Assembly: GCA_001600815.1 (NCBI GenBank) | Contig: BCKZ01000001.1 | Span: 416,613-480,612, forward strand | Source: Alloascoidea hylecoeti | Lineage: Eukaryota | DNA: 64,000 nucleotides | Direction of reading: 5' to 3' | Shown here: positions 1-10,816 of the stretch, piece by piece | Position numbering within the stretch: the stretch's first letter is position 1 | Layout: every line of letters begins with the position of its first letter | Position numbers and translations under genes: made by a program | The notes under the pieces: generated by a model | Databases searched by the model: none | What the model was told of the DNA's origin: nothing | The model's input: the letters and a program-made list of their open reading frames with translations, nothing else

Positions 1-1088
1 GCAAATTGAGTTGAAACATTTGTAGAAAACATATCAGCCATTTTCTCCAAAATAGTTTCGATATTCTCTCTACATTCGGCCAAAGAGACAAGCAAATTTT
101 GTGGGCATGGTAAAAATGGTTCTTCAAGATCGGAAATAACCATCATTGATGGTTCGGCCGTTGATGGAGGAATTGGAATTGAAAAATAATGAAGAGAAGA
201 ATCGGCAGCAATAAACCCAATTCTTGTTCTTTTATCGACATTTGGAATTTTGTCGAGGCTTTCCAAAATCGTTCTTGTTGCCACGGCAAATAATCCATTT
301 TTAATCGAATTAAGAGACACATCCAAAATGAACAAATATACTAAAGGTTGTGGAGCTCTAACCATATATTCTGGAGGAGCGATAAATTCGATAACAGAGG
401 CATTTAGCTCAGCTCTCCCAAAACGATCGACTTGTTGTCCCTTGAGCGCATCGTAGTCAAAAGCAGACGGAATATCATTGCGCAAAGAGCAAACCGGACA
501 AACCCACCTGTTATTTTCGAGTTTTATAAAGGGGTTAATATAAGACCTGCAACGGCGGCATCGCGCAATAACGGAATCGTCAACGGTCGGAACTGGAGCA
601 TCTTCGTCGGACAGAGATATGTATGGTCTGATGACTAAGGCAAAAGGCAACTTTGATTTTTTTAGAAGGGAATGAGTGGTTGGGATAGCATTTAGAGTGC
701 TTCTGAAATAGTCATGGCTCGCATTGGAAGCTGGGGATGGAGTAACAGATGCAGTGGCCGGAAGAATGATCGGTGGAGGGGGTAAGGCTAAGTCTGTTAT
801 TTTGGGTGGTAGCTCACGTAATAAGTCAATGTTGTAGATTTGGTTCATGGCCTGGATAGCAGGTTGGTTAAAGGCATGCGATTGGGGTTGGTCGTAGCTT
901 CCATTGATGGACATGCCAGCGACCTGCGCAGTTACCTGATCCATTCGAGATCCGGTTCGGGCAGGTGTGAAGACGTCAGGTCCCGGAGATTCGGCAGGGG
1001 ACTGAAGCGAATAGGACTGAGGAGAAGCAGCAGCATACTGGTATTGTGCCGTTGGATAAGCTCGTTTCCTGTGATGGTCTCGGGACAT
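1..1088 (-). CDS. SEC24: COPII coat subunit Sec24, 5' part (runs off the left edge of the window)
   Basis: Manual translation from ATG 1088: MSRDHHRKRAYP...LRELPPKITDLALPPPPI...RSTLNAIPTTHSLLKKSKLPFALVIRPY...RCRRCRSYINPF...WVCPVC (zinc finger)...EFIAPPEYMVRAPQPLVYLFILDVS (trunk domain). Absent from the ORF track because its stop lies outside the window. Confidence 0.95.
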   Translation of the reverse strand, partial: MSRDHHRKRAYPTAQYQYAAASPQSYSLQSPAESPGPDVFTPARTGSRMDQVTAQVAGMSINGSYDQPQSHAFNQPAIQAMNQIYNIDLLRELPPKITDLALPPPPIILPATASVTPSPASNASHDYFRSTLNAIPTTHSLLKKSKLPFALVIRPYISLSDEDAPVPTVDDSVIARCRRCRSYINPFIKLENNRWVCPVCSLRNDIPSAFDYDALKGQQVDRFGRAELNASVIEFIAPPEYMVRAPQPLVYLFILDVSLNSIKNGLFAVATRTILESLDKIPNVDKRTRIGFIAADSSLHYFSIPIPPSTAEPSMMVISDLEEPFLPCPQNLLVSLAECRENIETILEKMADMFSTNVSTQF

Positions 1089-2437
1089 TCTGGATGAGGG
1101 TGGAAAACAGAAAGGTCTAATGAAAGTTGTGTGTTGGCAGAAAAGAAAGTAGGTGTAAGGTGGTGATAACTCTAACTGCCTATCTTTTTGATCCAAAAGT
1201 TTCATAAAAATATATTCTAAAGTAAATATTATCAACTAACATAATTCGGCTCAACACCCTCTCCATTGGAGATCGGGCCACCCATTTCATTACCCGTGTA
1301 CATCAATTGCGTGTTATTGACAATGTCCTGAATACTATGAATTAAAGTGTCCAGACAGAAATGTGAATTCGCTAAAATATCTAAACAGTTTTAGGCACCA
1401 GCTGTCAGGATTAGAACTTTATCAATCTTGTTTCAGTTTCTCAGGCATATAGGATACAATCACTTCATGGCCAGTAATCCCGTACTAAACAGCTCGTTGG
1501 AATTTTTTTAAGTTTTTTCGAAATAGAACTACATATCATAGCCATTAGATTTAAAGTCTTTACTGCGCGAGCCTCGTATTTTAACTAAGTACCCTAGTCA
1601 TACTGTCAACTCCCCGTTCGAAACTCACTGTTGCAACATTACCGTGGAGTTTATTCATTTCTCCAGCGCCACAAAATCAGTTACTTAGAATTTTGTAAGG
1701 ACTAAAAAAGAGTTATATATGAGTGTTGCCACTGCTATTACAGATAATGAAACGTTTCGTTTTTAATGGTACAGAGAACCTAGAATGATGTTGATATTAC
1801 TATTACAGGAGATTACTTCGATCTTGGTGTTATTAAAACATCAAATACATCATCTTTTGGTGTGAGATCGCTTATTGATGAAGCCTCACTCAGACTTCTA
1901 TTGATCCTACTAACAGGTCATTCGTTGTCAAAACTTCTCCATGTTCTTCTGTTGGTAAGGTGGTACTTGGAGATCTGTTGATAAAAGATTTTTCTATGTA
2001 CCTGGGAAACGAGCCAAAGCTTCGGACCTTTTGGGATAATTTGTATCGTACTAATTTATGCTAAATTTTGATTTTCAGAGTTTTATTTTTTAAACTGTCG
2101 AAACTTTCTTTGAATTGCAACTGTTACTAATATGTTAATGGTTGTTAATTCTTCAATATAATAGTGAACTATTTTTGTTGTTTATCTGATTGTGCTCGAA
2201 ACATTTTATGGTTTCTATCTTAAAATGTTGTCATTTTTAATGTTGATTTTGCTACAATTACATGTGTATCTGATTATTTCACTGGTTGACATTTATATGG
2301 TAGATTGGAATTTTTAAATGATTTACATAAGTTTCATTTTATTACCACAAGGCTGACTTATTTTACGAAACTTTTGACTCGATCTGATATGGTTTGTCAA
2401 GGTCGAATATATTGGTTTTATTTACTTATGTTTTTTT

Positions 2438-2728
2438 CTATTTTGTTTGTCGTTTTTCTGTTCCAGTCGTTCGATTTGGAGGGGGGATGTCACCAATCAT
2501 TTTCAATATCTTTATAGTTTGTATCTTCTGCAGCTTTTCCTCCAACCTCTTTATTTTCTTCTCTTCCATTTCTGGTTTTCTATATTCACCATGTGCATGA
2601 TAAAACACGGCACATGGGATGCACACAACATCAATCCCATTGGATAACCATTTCTAGTTGGATGATGTTATCATTCTATGGCAACCGAGACAGTTTTTAC
2701 TAACTTGATTACCATTTTTTCTATCCAT
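2438..2728 (-). pseudogene. Degenerate GATA-like Cys4 zinc-finger ORF
   Basis: From ATG 2728: MDRKNGNQVSKNCLGCHRMITSSN*KWLSNGIDVVCIPCAVFYHAHGEYRKPE. This is C-x2-C-x19-C-x2-C plus a GATA-like basic tail, with an in-frame TAG at 2654-2656. Confidence 0.55.
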
Positions 2729-2899
2729 CTTAACATTAGCGATTGTTACTCTGAGCGTCTCCAGCACCAAAGGACGATCTCTCTCATGGCATAGTAAATC
2801 CCCATTTGGCAATTTTCTAGCAAGCTGGTCAGTGATGCATTTACAATGCGAGCATATTTTTATTGGTGCTAACGGTTGAGCCTCTTTAACATCAAAATT

Positions 2900-3802
2900 T
2901 TAGGTCGCTCAGCCTTATGTCTTTTAAAATACGAACCACATGGGGAGCATCGAAAGGCACCACCTAGAGTTATGACTTTGGCTGTTCCAACAACATCTAA
3001 TATTTCTGATGTTTATGCATCTGCTGATCAATTAGCAATTACTGCTTATATAACCCATAAAGTAGCTGAAAAGGCAGTTAGTAATTCATTACAAGAAGCT
3101 AGGGATTTGGCAGATAAATAGCTGCTTGATATTTTACAAATTTACAGAAAGGAATTGATGCCAACAAATACTGGTGCTGGTGCTCCATTATTTATAAGTG
3201 CAAATTTAAGAATGTTACCTTTGCTTATAACTGCTTTACAAAAAAGTACTGCTTTAAGACCTGGTAAAGTTCCAAGTGATCATAGAGCTGCTGCTTTAAA
3301 TATGTTAACAACTCTTCCAATTCCATACCTTATTAAAATGTTATATCCAACGGTTTATTCATTGCATGATATGCCCGATGATGCAGGATTCCCAGGTGAA
3401 GATGGTTCAATTGTATTACCACCTCAAATTAATGCATCCGCTGAAAGACTACAATTATTCGGTTTATATTTAATTGATAATGGTAATGAATTATTCCTTT
3501 GGTTAGGTGGTGATGCTGTTCCTGCTCTTATTAATGATGTTTGGGGTGCTGATCTTCCACCGATTGGTAAATCAGAACTTCCAGAACTTGCTACAGATTT
3601 CAATGAACGATTACGAAATATTATTGGTAAAGTTAGAGAAAAGATTGATACTATTCGTTATCAATCATTATATGTTGTTACTGGTCCTGCTACTCATGAT
3701 AATACACAAGCTGGATCACCTGAACAATTTGCATTACGAATGTGGGCTTTAAGTACTTTATCTGAAAGTTATAAAGAATATTTGTTTTGGTTGGCGGGAT
3801 AA
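2900..3802 (+). pseudogene. SEC24 C-terminal fragment (helical and gelsolin-like domains), disrupted
   Basis: [25 protein letters not shown]...[23 protein letters not shown]...NLRMLPLL...SDHRAAAL...LYPTVYSLHDMPD...FGLYLIDNGNELFLWLG. In-frame TAG at 3119-3121, no N-terminal domains, and an abnormal C-terminus. Confidence 0.85.
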
Positions 3803-4163
3803 AATAACAATTTAAATTTTATAGTTCGTAAAATATATCCTTATATAGTATGCTTCTTAGCCCATTTTTTTGCGTTCAGTTTCTTAATTTTTAGTATTAG
3901 TAACATATCAAATATAAAAGTAAAAATAAAATGAGTAGTATTATATACATTTATAAACTTTATATCTGGGTGTAAGCTCAATAATTTACTATAAATTGAA
4001 GTAACAACAAAATACGGTATGTGTATATTTATTATGATTTACTCTCAATCACCGATGCTACAATTAAGTCAATTTATATGCCTAGTAAAGTAAAGTTCAT
4101 GTATTTTAAGATGTGAAAAAATGAGGTCTATATACAACTAGAGTCGATAAGTAGTCAATCTAT

Positions 4164-4632
4164 TTAGTCATCAAAGGTAATCAATGGGTAGAAATCGTTG
4201 TATTTCTTTGCATAATAAGCAGTACTGGTAGTCCCTAAAACTAATAACATCAAAGGAACAGGTTTTTTGAAAGAGGTTTTAATAGATCTAGATAGACCAG
4301 CGCCTCCAAGAATTAAAGATGAACCAAGTGCTAATTCTAAACCCCAATCAGCATTCTTTTTTAAAAGATAAGCAGAACTTCCGTACAGAACGGATAATGT
4401 CAAACCTCCAATTAAAGATGGCAATGACCCACGACGGCTAATGGATTTAAAGAATATTAGAGAACCTTCGGAATTGAAAATAGCCGAGATATAAGAACAA
4501 GAACTTACAAGTAGGCTATGCTACCTCCAACGCCACAAAGAAGAGTGAGACTAATTGCTGGATGTTCCTATATGTTATAAATAACTTCAGTTAGGGAATT
4601 TCTTAGAAGAAAATAGAGGAAATTCTTACCAT
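4164..4632 (-). CDS. TMEM14-family small membrane protein (YJR085C-like); 3 exons
   Basis: Exons 4632-4630 (ATG only), 4567-4509 and 4437-4164. Introns 4568-4629 (GTAAGA...TAG) and 4438-4508 (GTAAGT...TAG). Spliced product MEHPAISLTLLCGVGGSIAYFRRGSLPSLIGG... Confidence 0.88.
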
Positions 4633-5330
4633 TGTTGATAGATCGAGGAGTTTGAGGTTACAATGCTTGGGAGGTAGAAAAAAGGTCAAAGGCGAGTAAC
4701 GTGACTGCTATTTGCTTAATAATATAAGCTTTAATTCAAAAATGAACTCTCGAATTTCTACTATCCCGACGACTCTTCAAGTTCTCAGCTGAAATGGCAA
4801 CTTGTTACAGATTAAATATTTCGCTTGTATGTTAGGCCATGGCGAAAGACTTGATGTACTGAATTCTCTAATATTGCTTTTCCAAAACAAGATCTTCCCA
4901 TCAAGGAATACACTATATAGTTCGTAATTTTTGGATGCTTTCACCTGGGGTTAAGTCTTAACGTATGTTGAAAAGTTTGGTTACATATACTACTATTTCA
5001 AATTTAAAGAAGAAAAGTTGACGTAGTGCTCCGAAATCATACCAGAAGAAGTCTTCGTGGCCAGATATCCATTGACCTCAATATATGTTGATACGAGGCT
5101 TTAAACGTTATAACTATTGATGTTTTCCCAAAAATAAGGTTTATTTGATAGATTTTTGGTTCTATTTATATCCAAAAAGAGAAATTTCCTTATGCCAAAA
5201 TAAAATACCATCTATCTAATCTGTGGATTTGAATATTATATTATTTCTTTTAAATATCACATACCTATTTCTCATTTCTTTAATTTTCACAAAACAAACA
5301 CTAAGGTATTTCCTTTTATTTTCAGTTACA

Positions 5331-5684
5331 ATGTCTACACTCATAAACCCAAATCATCAACAAATCCATTCGCCGACAACGGCAGCTGGCGCTCTGCCAT
5401 TCAATCCCAGAACAGAACTAACAGAAAGCGAAAGATTAAAGCTTAGAATATCACAACTCAAATTCCAAAGAATCAAACAACAAAACACTAAGCTTCAAGA
5501 GATCTTGGAAATGGAAAGGATACATGCATCAAATGCATGTTTATCGATTATTGAATACTGTAATACTCATGAAGATAAGTTGATTCCTTCTATTTGGGGA
5601 ACAACAACGGAGGATGAGAATCCATATACGAGAGAGGCAAAAATTAAGGCACAACATAGTGAAGTCTGTTGTATTATTATTTGA
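5331..5684 (+). CDS. STE18: Heterotrimeric G-protein gamma subunit
   Basis: LKFQRIKQQNTKLQEILEMERIHASNACLSIIEYCNTHEDKLIPSIWG (GGL domain) and a C-terminal CCIII palmitoylation/CaaX motif. The first ATG at 5331 is preferred over the GTG start in the ORF track. Confidence 0.9.
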   Translation: MSTLINPNHQQIHSPTTAAGALPFNPRTELTESERLKLRISQLKFQRIKQQNTKLQEILEMERIHASNACLSIIEYCNTHEDKLIPSIWGTTTEDENPYTREAKIKAQHSEVCCIII

Positions 5685-5975
5685 TTCTGGAGGAGTTAAA
5701 CATTTTAATCTTATAATGTCGCTTATATTATATTGCCAATATTTTTCATCGAATACTGTTTTTTCTTCTTTTGATTTATGGCTTGTTGGATAAATAAATG
5801 AAATAGTGTGATTATATATAATTATTAAATATTAATAAATTTAAAGAAGAGTACATGTATAGAAATGCCATTTCACATGTAAATAGTAAATAAAATGTTT
5901 GTTATAAATAATAAATGTTCATATCCTTGGATAAACTTTTTAGTCCCAAGTTCTCCCAACTCATTGTATTTACAA

Positions 5976-6706
5976 TCAGGTCAAACCTTTCTTTACTTCT
6001 TGCTTTTTGAGCTTTTCAGCAGCTTCAACTTCAGCAAGGTTTGGCTCTTCACCACAGCCACAATCGTAATTTTCTAAGATTTTAGAACAATCATATATCG
6101 GTTTTTTCAAATGTTCATTAACCTTATTGTGTAAATGACAACCCCATTGACTGGCAACTACCCGGCCGGAGGTTTGAGGAGGGAATTTCTTTATAAGCCT
6201 TTGGAAATGGACAGCACAATCACCACATGGGTAAACTTGAACATAAAGTTGGATAAAGTTATCAAGAATTTTTCTTTGATCCTGTGTTGGGTCCTCAGGA
6301 TACCTTGCCAAGATAGTATGGAATAACTTCCACGATGCCCGACCAATTTCAGCCCTATAAACATCATTAAATGTTAATATATAACAATGGAATGAATAAA
6401 ACTAAAACAATGTGCTTACTTTAAAGTTGCATTTGGCATTTTGGGCATTATTGGAGCATCTACTCCATAAACTCCTAAATCATAGTCATCTTCTGGAATT
6501 CTCTTTTTTTCGCCCGTAAATTTTCCTTGCTTTATTGGAGTTTTGGTGTTTGTATCATAAAGTTGGTCAAGAGAAGCTGCACTTTTATGTTCGCCCTTTG
6601 TTGTGAGAGTTGGTTCTATAGACTGCGATTTTATCATGAAGATGAACAGAATAAATCCTGAGACTACAGCAACTGCCGTAAAAGCAGATTTCCTGAAAAC
6701 GAGCAT
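5976..6706 (-). CDS. ERV2: ER FAD-linked sulfhydryl oxidase; 2 exons
   Basis: Intron 6355-6419 (GTAAGC...TAG) joins ...MPNATLK to AEIGRASWKLFHTILARYP. Has the YPCGDC active-site CxxC, WGCHLHNKVN, a C-terminal YDCGC and an N-terminal signal anchor. Confidence 0.92.
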
Positions 6707-6881
6707 TATCTCTGGTTGTTAATAGTATAGTCACCTTTTAGAATTTTAGTAGAAAGAAATTCTTTCGGAAATAATAAATATAAAAGCTTCACGTTAGGCA
6801 CGTGCACATCTAGCAAACACCAACTCAATCCAAACCACCAAACAGCTCCAAACAGCTTAAACAGTCAAAAGCCCTGAAAAT

Positions 6882-7856
6882 ATGAGCGAAGAGACCCAGA
6901 AAGAGATAGTTCCAAATTCTAAAGGAATATTTGGAGTTACAATCACAGCAGACAGGGAGTTTATCCCCTTCAGCACCAGATATGCCCCTACTAATAGTAT
7001 TGTTGATCCAGATACAGATACCAGAATGCCTGAAACGATCACCGCCAGCGGTCCCTCATCGAAATTACCTGTTAAAGTAACACCTAGTATCAAGGTTGGC
7101 GGCTGGCAAATATTCACCAATCGTCAGCCGATATTGAGTAGTGATGAAATTGACCAACTTACTGATGAGTTAGGATTTCCTTTGCCCGAGATGATATTTG
7201 GTCATAACATGCTGAAAATTGAGCATGAAGCTTCTGGCTGGTGTATATCATTTGATACAGTCAATGCATTGAAACAGGTTGATCACACTGGTGATCGAGA
7301 TGGTGGTATAGTTCAAGTTTCTTATGCTCAAAAATGGATGAAATCCCGATCAACTACTTCTGAAGAAGATGTCAAGGGAATAGTAAAACCATACGACTGG
7401 ACTTATTCTACTGTCTATACTGGAGATGTTGATCAAAATCATGAACTACAATTTGAAGCAACGGAAAAGAGAATTCCTTTTAATAGATTAAAAAGGCCCG
7501 ACCCAATTCTATTTTTCGATGATATGATACTGTACGAGGATGAATTGGGAGATAACGGGGCGTCGATCCTTCAGGTAAAACTTCGTGTTATGCCTGCCAG
7601 ATTACTCTTATTATGTCGGTTTTTCTTGAGAGTTGATGATGTTTTATTCAGAATAAGGGACACTAGAGTGTTTATCGAGTTTAAAGATGGTACGGTTATA
7701 AGAGAATATAAAGAACAAGAAGATACTTATCAGAATGTGTGTAAACAATTAAATCCATTCACAAAAGATCCCAAAGCTCCATTAAGGGATTCAAAATGGG
7801 TATCAGAACATTTACCAATAATTAAAACTATATTGGAAAAAGTTACTGTTAAATAG
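6882..7856 (+). CDS. TIP41: Tip41/TIPRL, regulator of PP2A-family phosphatases in TOR signalling
   Basis: PLPEMIFGHN, KPYDWTYST, DPILFFDDMILYEDELGDNG and RFFLRVDDVLFRIRDTRV motifs. Confidence 0.95.
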   Translation: MSEETQKEIVPNSKGIFGVTITADREFIPFSTRYAPTNSIVDPDTDTRMPETITASGPSSKLPVKVTPSIKVGGWQIFTNRQPILSSDEIDQLTDELGFPLPEMIFGHNMLKIEHEASGWCISFDTVNALKQVDHTGDRDGGIVQVSYAQKWMKSRSTTSEEDVKGIVKPYDWTYSTVYTGDVDQNHELQFEATEKRIPFNRLKRPDPILFFDDMILYEDELGDNGASILQVKLRVMPARLLLLCRFFLRVDDVLFRIRDTRVFIEFKDGTVIREYKEQEDTYQNVCKQLNPFTKDPKAPLRDSKWVSEHLPIIKTILEKVTVK

Positions 7857-7960
7857 TATATATTACATATATTAACCATACCGTTTAAAACCTACTTCTA
7901 AAATTTATTTAATATGATGATGAATATGAATATATTTTTTCTTTTTAATTAATTAATTAA

Positions 7961-8842
7961 TTAGTTTTTGGAATCAGAAGCGATTAAATGTTCAGCTGCA
8001 GTTATTTGTTCAGTTGATGATAATTTTTTATCGATTATTTCTTGTAATTTAGTCTTTGCCAATTTCTGTAACTTCTGGTACTTTATTTTTTCATCAGGTA
8101 GTTTTAAAATCAAACTTTTACTAATATGGTAAACACCAGCCCATCCTCTCACGTAATGTTCATGTAGCTCGATAGATCTTAAGAAATTCTTTAAACTATC
8201 AACTAAAGCTTCATTTTTTTCTTTAATTGATCTTGCAGGAAGTGATAACGAATAAGCATGATAAACCTCCCCAATTCGAGCAAAAATGTTAAATGCAATA
8301 GGGAACACAACTAAAGTTTCCATATATGCCTGAATTGATTCCTTAAAATGCCCAGTCTCGTAGTAAATTTCACCTAATTCAGCCCAAGCTTCTGTGTCAT
8401 TAGGTTTGAGATCCAAGTATTTTATTAATTCAGATATGTATCCTTTGATATCCTGAGCACTCTTATATAAAGAAACCTTTCTCTTTAAAATATCTGATTC
8501 ATCTTCACGTCTCTTTCCAATGTATGCTCTTGCTGCAGCGGTGCCATCAGTAGCTTCCAGATAAAAACTAAGCAGAATTCCAATTCTCTCACTTTGAGAC
8601 TCATTGAATTGATCTGTAATGGTTTGGATCATATGTTTAGCAACCATATCATGATTTGTCAATATGGCCAAATAACTGTGTAATTCTAAAAGAACGTAGA
8701 GTTCTTCATCCTTAAGATTGGATATATTCCGACCGATGAAATCTGCACTTTCATCAAACAGCCTGCTTATTTGGGCCGGTGGAAGGTTTACGAACAGACC
8801 TGTTCTCCTGATCGTTAACAATTTTTCCTTTGAGATTGCCAT
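7961..8842 (-). CDS. EMC2: ER membrane complex TPR subunit
   Basis: TPR segment YLDLKPNDTEAWAELGEIY, LKNFLRSIELHEHYVRGWAGV. Likely start is MAISKEK at 8842. Confidence 0.8.
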   Translation of the reverse strand: MAISKEKLLTIRRTGLFVNLPPAQISRLFDESADFIGRNISNLKDEELYVLLELHSYLAILTNHDMVAKHMIQTITDQFNESQSERIGILLSFYLEATDGTAAARAYIGKRREDESDILKRKVSLYKSAQDIKGYISELIKYLDLKPNDTEAWAELGEIYYETGHFKESIQAYMETLVVFPIAFNIFARIGEVYHAYSLSLPARSIKEKNEALVDSLKNFLRSIELHEHYVRGWAGVYHISKSLILKLPDEKIKYQKLQKLAKTKLQEIIDKKLSSTEQITAAEHLIASDSKN

Positions 8843-9104
8843 TTTATGCTTGAATTTAGAGTCACGAATATTAATGGAATACGAAAGAAGAAAAACGCTT
8901 ACATAATATATTACCAATATATATTGTTACCCTACGTGGCAAAAGTTTTAAGCGAATTTTTCATCAAAATTCTTTTTGAATCATATTAACCTCCTTCAAG
9001 ACTTTTGGTGTTTTCAAAAGACTTAAACTCCGAGACTTCTTGATACTTATCTGCTCACGCTCACTTGTTCCAATACATCATCTATTTTGGGCCAAGGTTT
9101 CTTT

Positions 9105-9209
9105 ATGGATCATTTCTTCAAAAGCAAGCAGCTTTATAATATTTCTACGGAATCGCTATCATCAAGGAATAGCATAAGTAGTACAAGATTTATGAAAAAC
9201 ATATCCTGA
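9105..9209 (+). promoter_or_regulatory. Upstream ORF with two poor-context AUGs in the TIF5 leader
   Basis: TTT-ATG at 9105 and an in-frame TTT-ATG at 9192, with TGA at 9207-9209. These are the only ATGs I find between ~8940 and the main ACA-ATG at 9335. Confidence 0.7.
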
Positions 9210-9334
9210 ACAGAACACTACTTCATCAAAAGCTTAAGCTTTCATAACTACTTTTTTATTCAATATTTTTAACTCTCAAACTTTGAGATTTTTATTTTCT
9301 TTATTTTAATTTTTGAAGCAGAAATTATTCAACA

Positions 9335-10525
9335 ATGACAACTATCAATATTCGCAGAGATAACTCGGATCCTTTCTACCGTTATAAGATGCCTCCTATT
9401 CAATCAAAAGTTGAAGGTCGTGGTAATGGTATTAAGACTGCTGTCGTCAACTGTTCCGATGTAGCCAGGGCTTTATCCCGTCCTCCTTCTTACATCATCA
9501 AATACTTTGGTGCTGAGTTGGGTGCTCAAACCTCCATTACTGATGCAACAGATCGTTACCTGGTTAATGGTCAGCATGACTCAGGAAAATTACAAGACCT
9601 ATTAGATGGCTTTATCAACAGATTTGTTCTTTGCGGGTCATGCAAAAATCCTGAAACTGATATTATAAATGGTAAGGATGATATTCTGACCAGAGACTGC
9701 AAAGCCTGTGGTCAAAGAACCCCTATCGATGTTCGCCATAAACTCTATACATTTATTTCAAAGAATCCAATTAAGAAGAGCGGTGGGAAAAAACGTGGTG
9801 CTCATGCGGCTGCTAGTGTTGGTAATGGCCAAACTATCTCCGATATCGCTAACAACCAAAATGATGACGAAGATGGCTCAGATGATGAACTTACAAAAAA
9901 GATCAATGCTGAAGCTGCTTCATTAGATGTCACACAAGTTGCTGATGATGACTGGGCTGTTGATATGTCTGAGAAAGCAGTTAGAGAAAGGGCTGCAGCA
10001 TTAGAGGCAGGAATTGCAAATTTAGCGTTATCTCCAGATGCTTTACCCATTAACAAATTGGATGAATTTGGTGAATGGCTAGTCGAATTTGAGGACAAGG
10101 ATGAATTACCATCCGATGTCGATATTTATAAGAAGGCTTATGATTTAGGTATCCACGAAGATCCAAAGACAACACAAGTTTTGGCTCAAACTTTGTTTGA
10201 TGAAGATATTGTAAATCAACTTACGGTGCATCAAGGTCTTTTAAAAAAATTGATCACATCACCTGAACATGAAAAATTCTTCCTTGGTGGTATTGAACGT
10301 TTTCTTGGTCTTGAACATCAAGAACTTATTCCGTTGGTTCCTAAGATTTTACATTCTCTCTACGATTCAGAAATTATTGAGGAAGAATCCATCTTAAAAT
10401 GGGGAACAAAGGTCTCAAAGAAGTATGTTCCTAAAGATATCAGTAAGAAGGTTAGAAAAGCTGCTAAACCATTTATTGAATGGCTTCAATCAGCTGAATC
10501 CGAATCTGAATCTGAGTCTGAATAA
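9335..10525 (+). CDS. TIF5: Translation initiation factor eIF5
   Basis: DPFYRYKMP, KVEGRGNGIKT, CGSCKNPET...CKACG zinc ribbon, and a W2 domain ending AKPFIEWLQSAESE. Confidence 0.98.
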   Translation: MTTINIRRDNSDPFYRYKMPPIQSKVEGRGNGIKTAVVNCSDVARALSRPPSYIIKYFGAELGAQTSITDATDRYLVNGQHDSGKLQDLLDGFINRFVLCGSCKNPETDIINGKDDILTRDCKACGQRTPIDVRHKLYTFISKNPIKKSGGKKRGAHAAASVGNGQTISDIANNQNDDEDGSDDELTKKINAEAASLDVTQVADDDWAVDMSEKAVRERAAALEAGIANLALSPDALPINKLDEFGEWLVEFEDKDELPSDVDIYKKAYDLGIHEDPKTTQVLAQTLFDEDIVNQLTVHQGLLKKLITSPEHEKFFLGGIERFLGLEHQELIPLVPKILHSLYDSEIIEEESILKWGTKVSKKYVPKDISKKVRKAAKPFIEWLQSAESESESESE

Positions 10526-10816
10526 ATTTAACTATAAAAGTTGTGGCACGAGGCATACAAATATGGTCTATGAATTGTTTGAGCCACTGTTATGATATAT
10601 ATTTTTTGTGCATTTTCTCCTCAGGGGCCCTTTTGTTATATATTTTGAAATCGATACCTTAAATTTAAAGTTTCTTGTAAAATTGTATAACGGTCTGTAT
10701 ATTACGCTTCCATCGCATATGTGAGCATGCAGTGTTTACCTTCCCAAAAGGTTGTTATTCAAAACATAAATCTTCAATTTATCACCTCTTGTTCCAGAAG
10801 AAGATCCAATATAAAC

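Noticed and set aside
2654..3121. Two nearby in-frame TAG codons suggesting stop-codon reassignment
   Set aside because: TAG is the normal terminator of intact genes here (TIP41, BIR1, COX6, the PRCC-like gene), and both interrupted frames sit in otherwise degenerate sequence.
5223..5330. N-terminal extensions from GTG/TTG starts in the ORF track (STE18, EMC2, PRCC-like, PPS1, RCN1, GNAT1)
   Set aside because: These are artefacts of prokaryote-style start calling; the first in-frame ATGs give family-typical N-termini.
9560..9562. Possible alternative yeast CUG code
   Set aside because: CTG occurs at conserved Leu sites (eIF5 RYLVNG; MAPK QLGHG), consistent with CUG=Leu.
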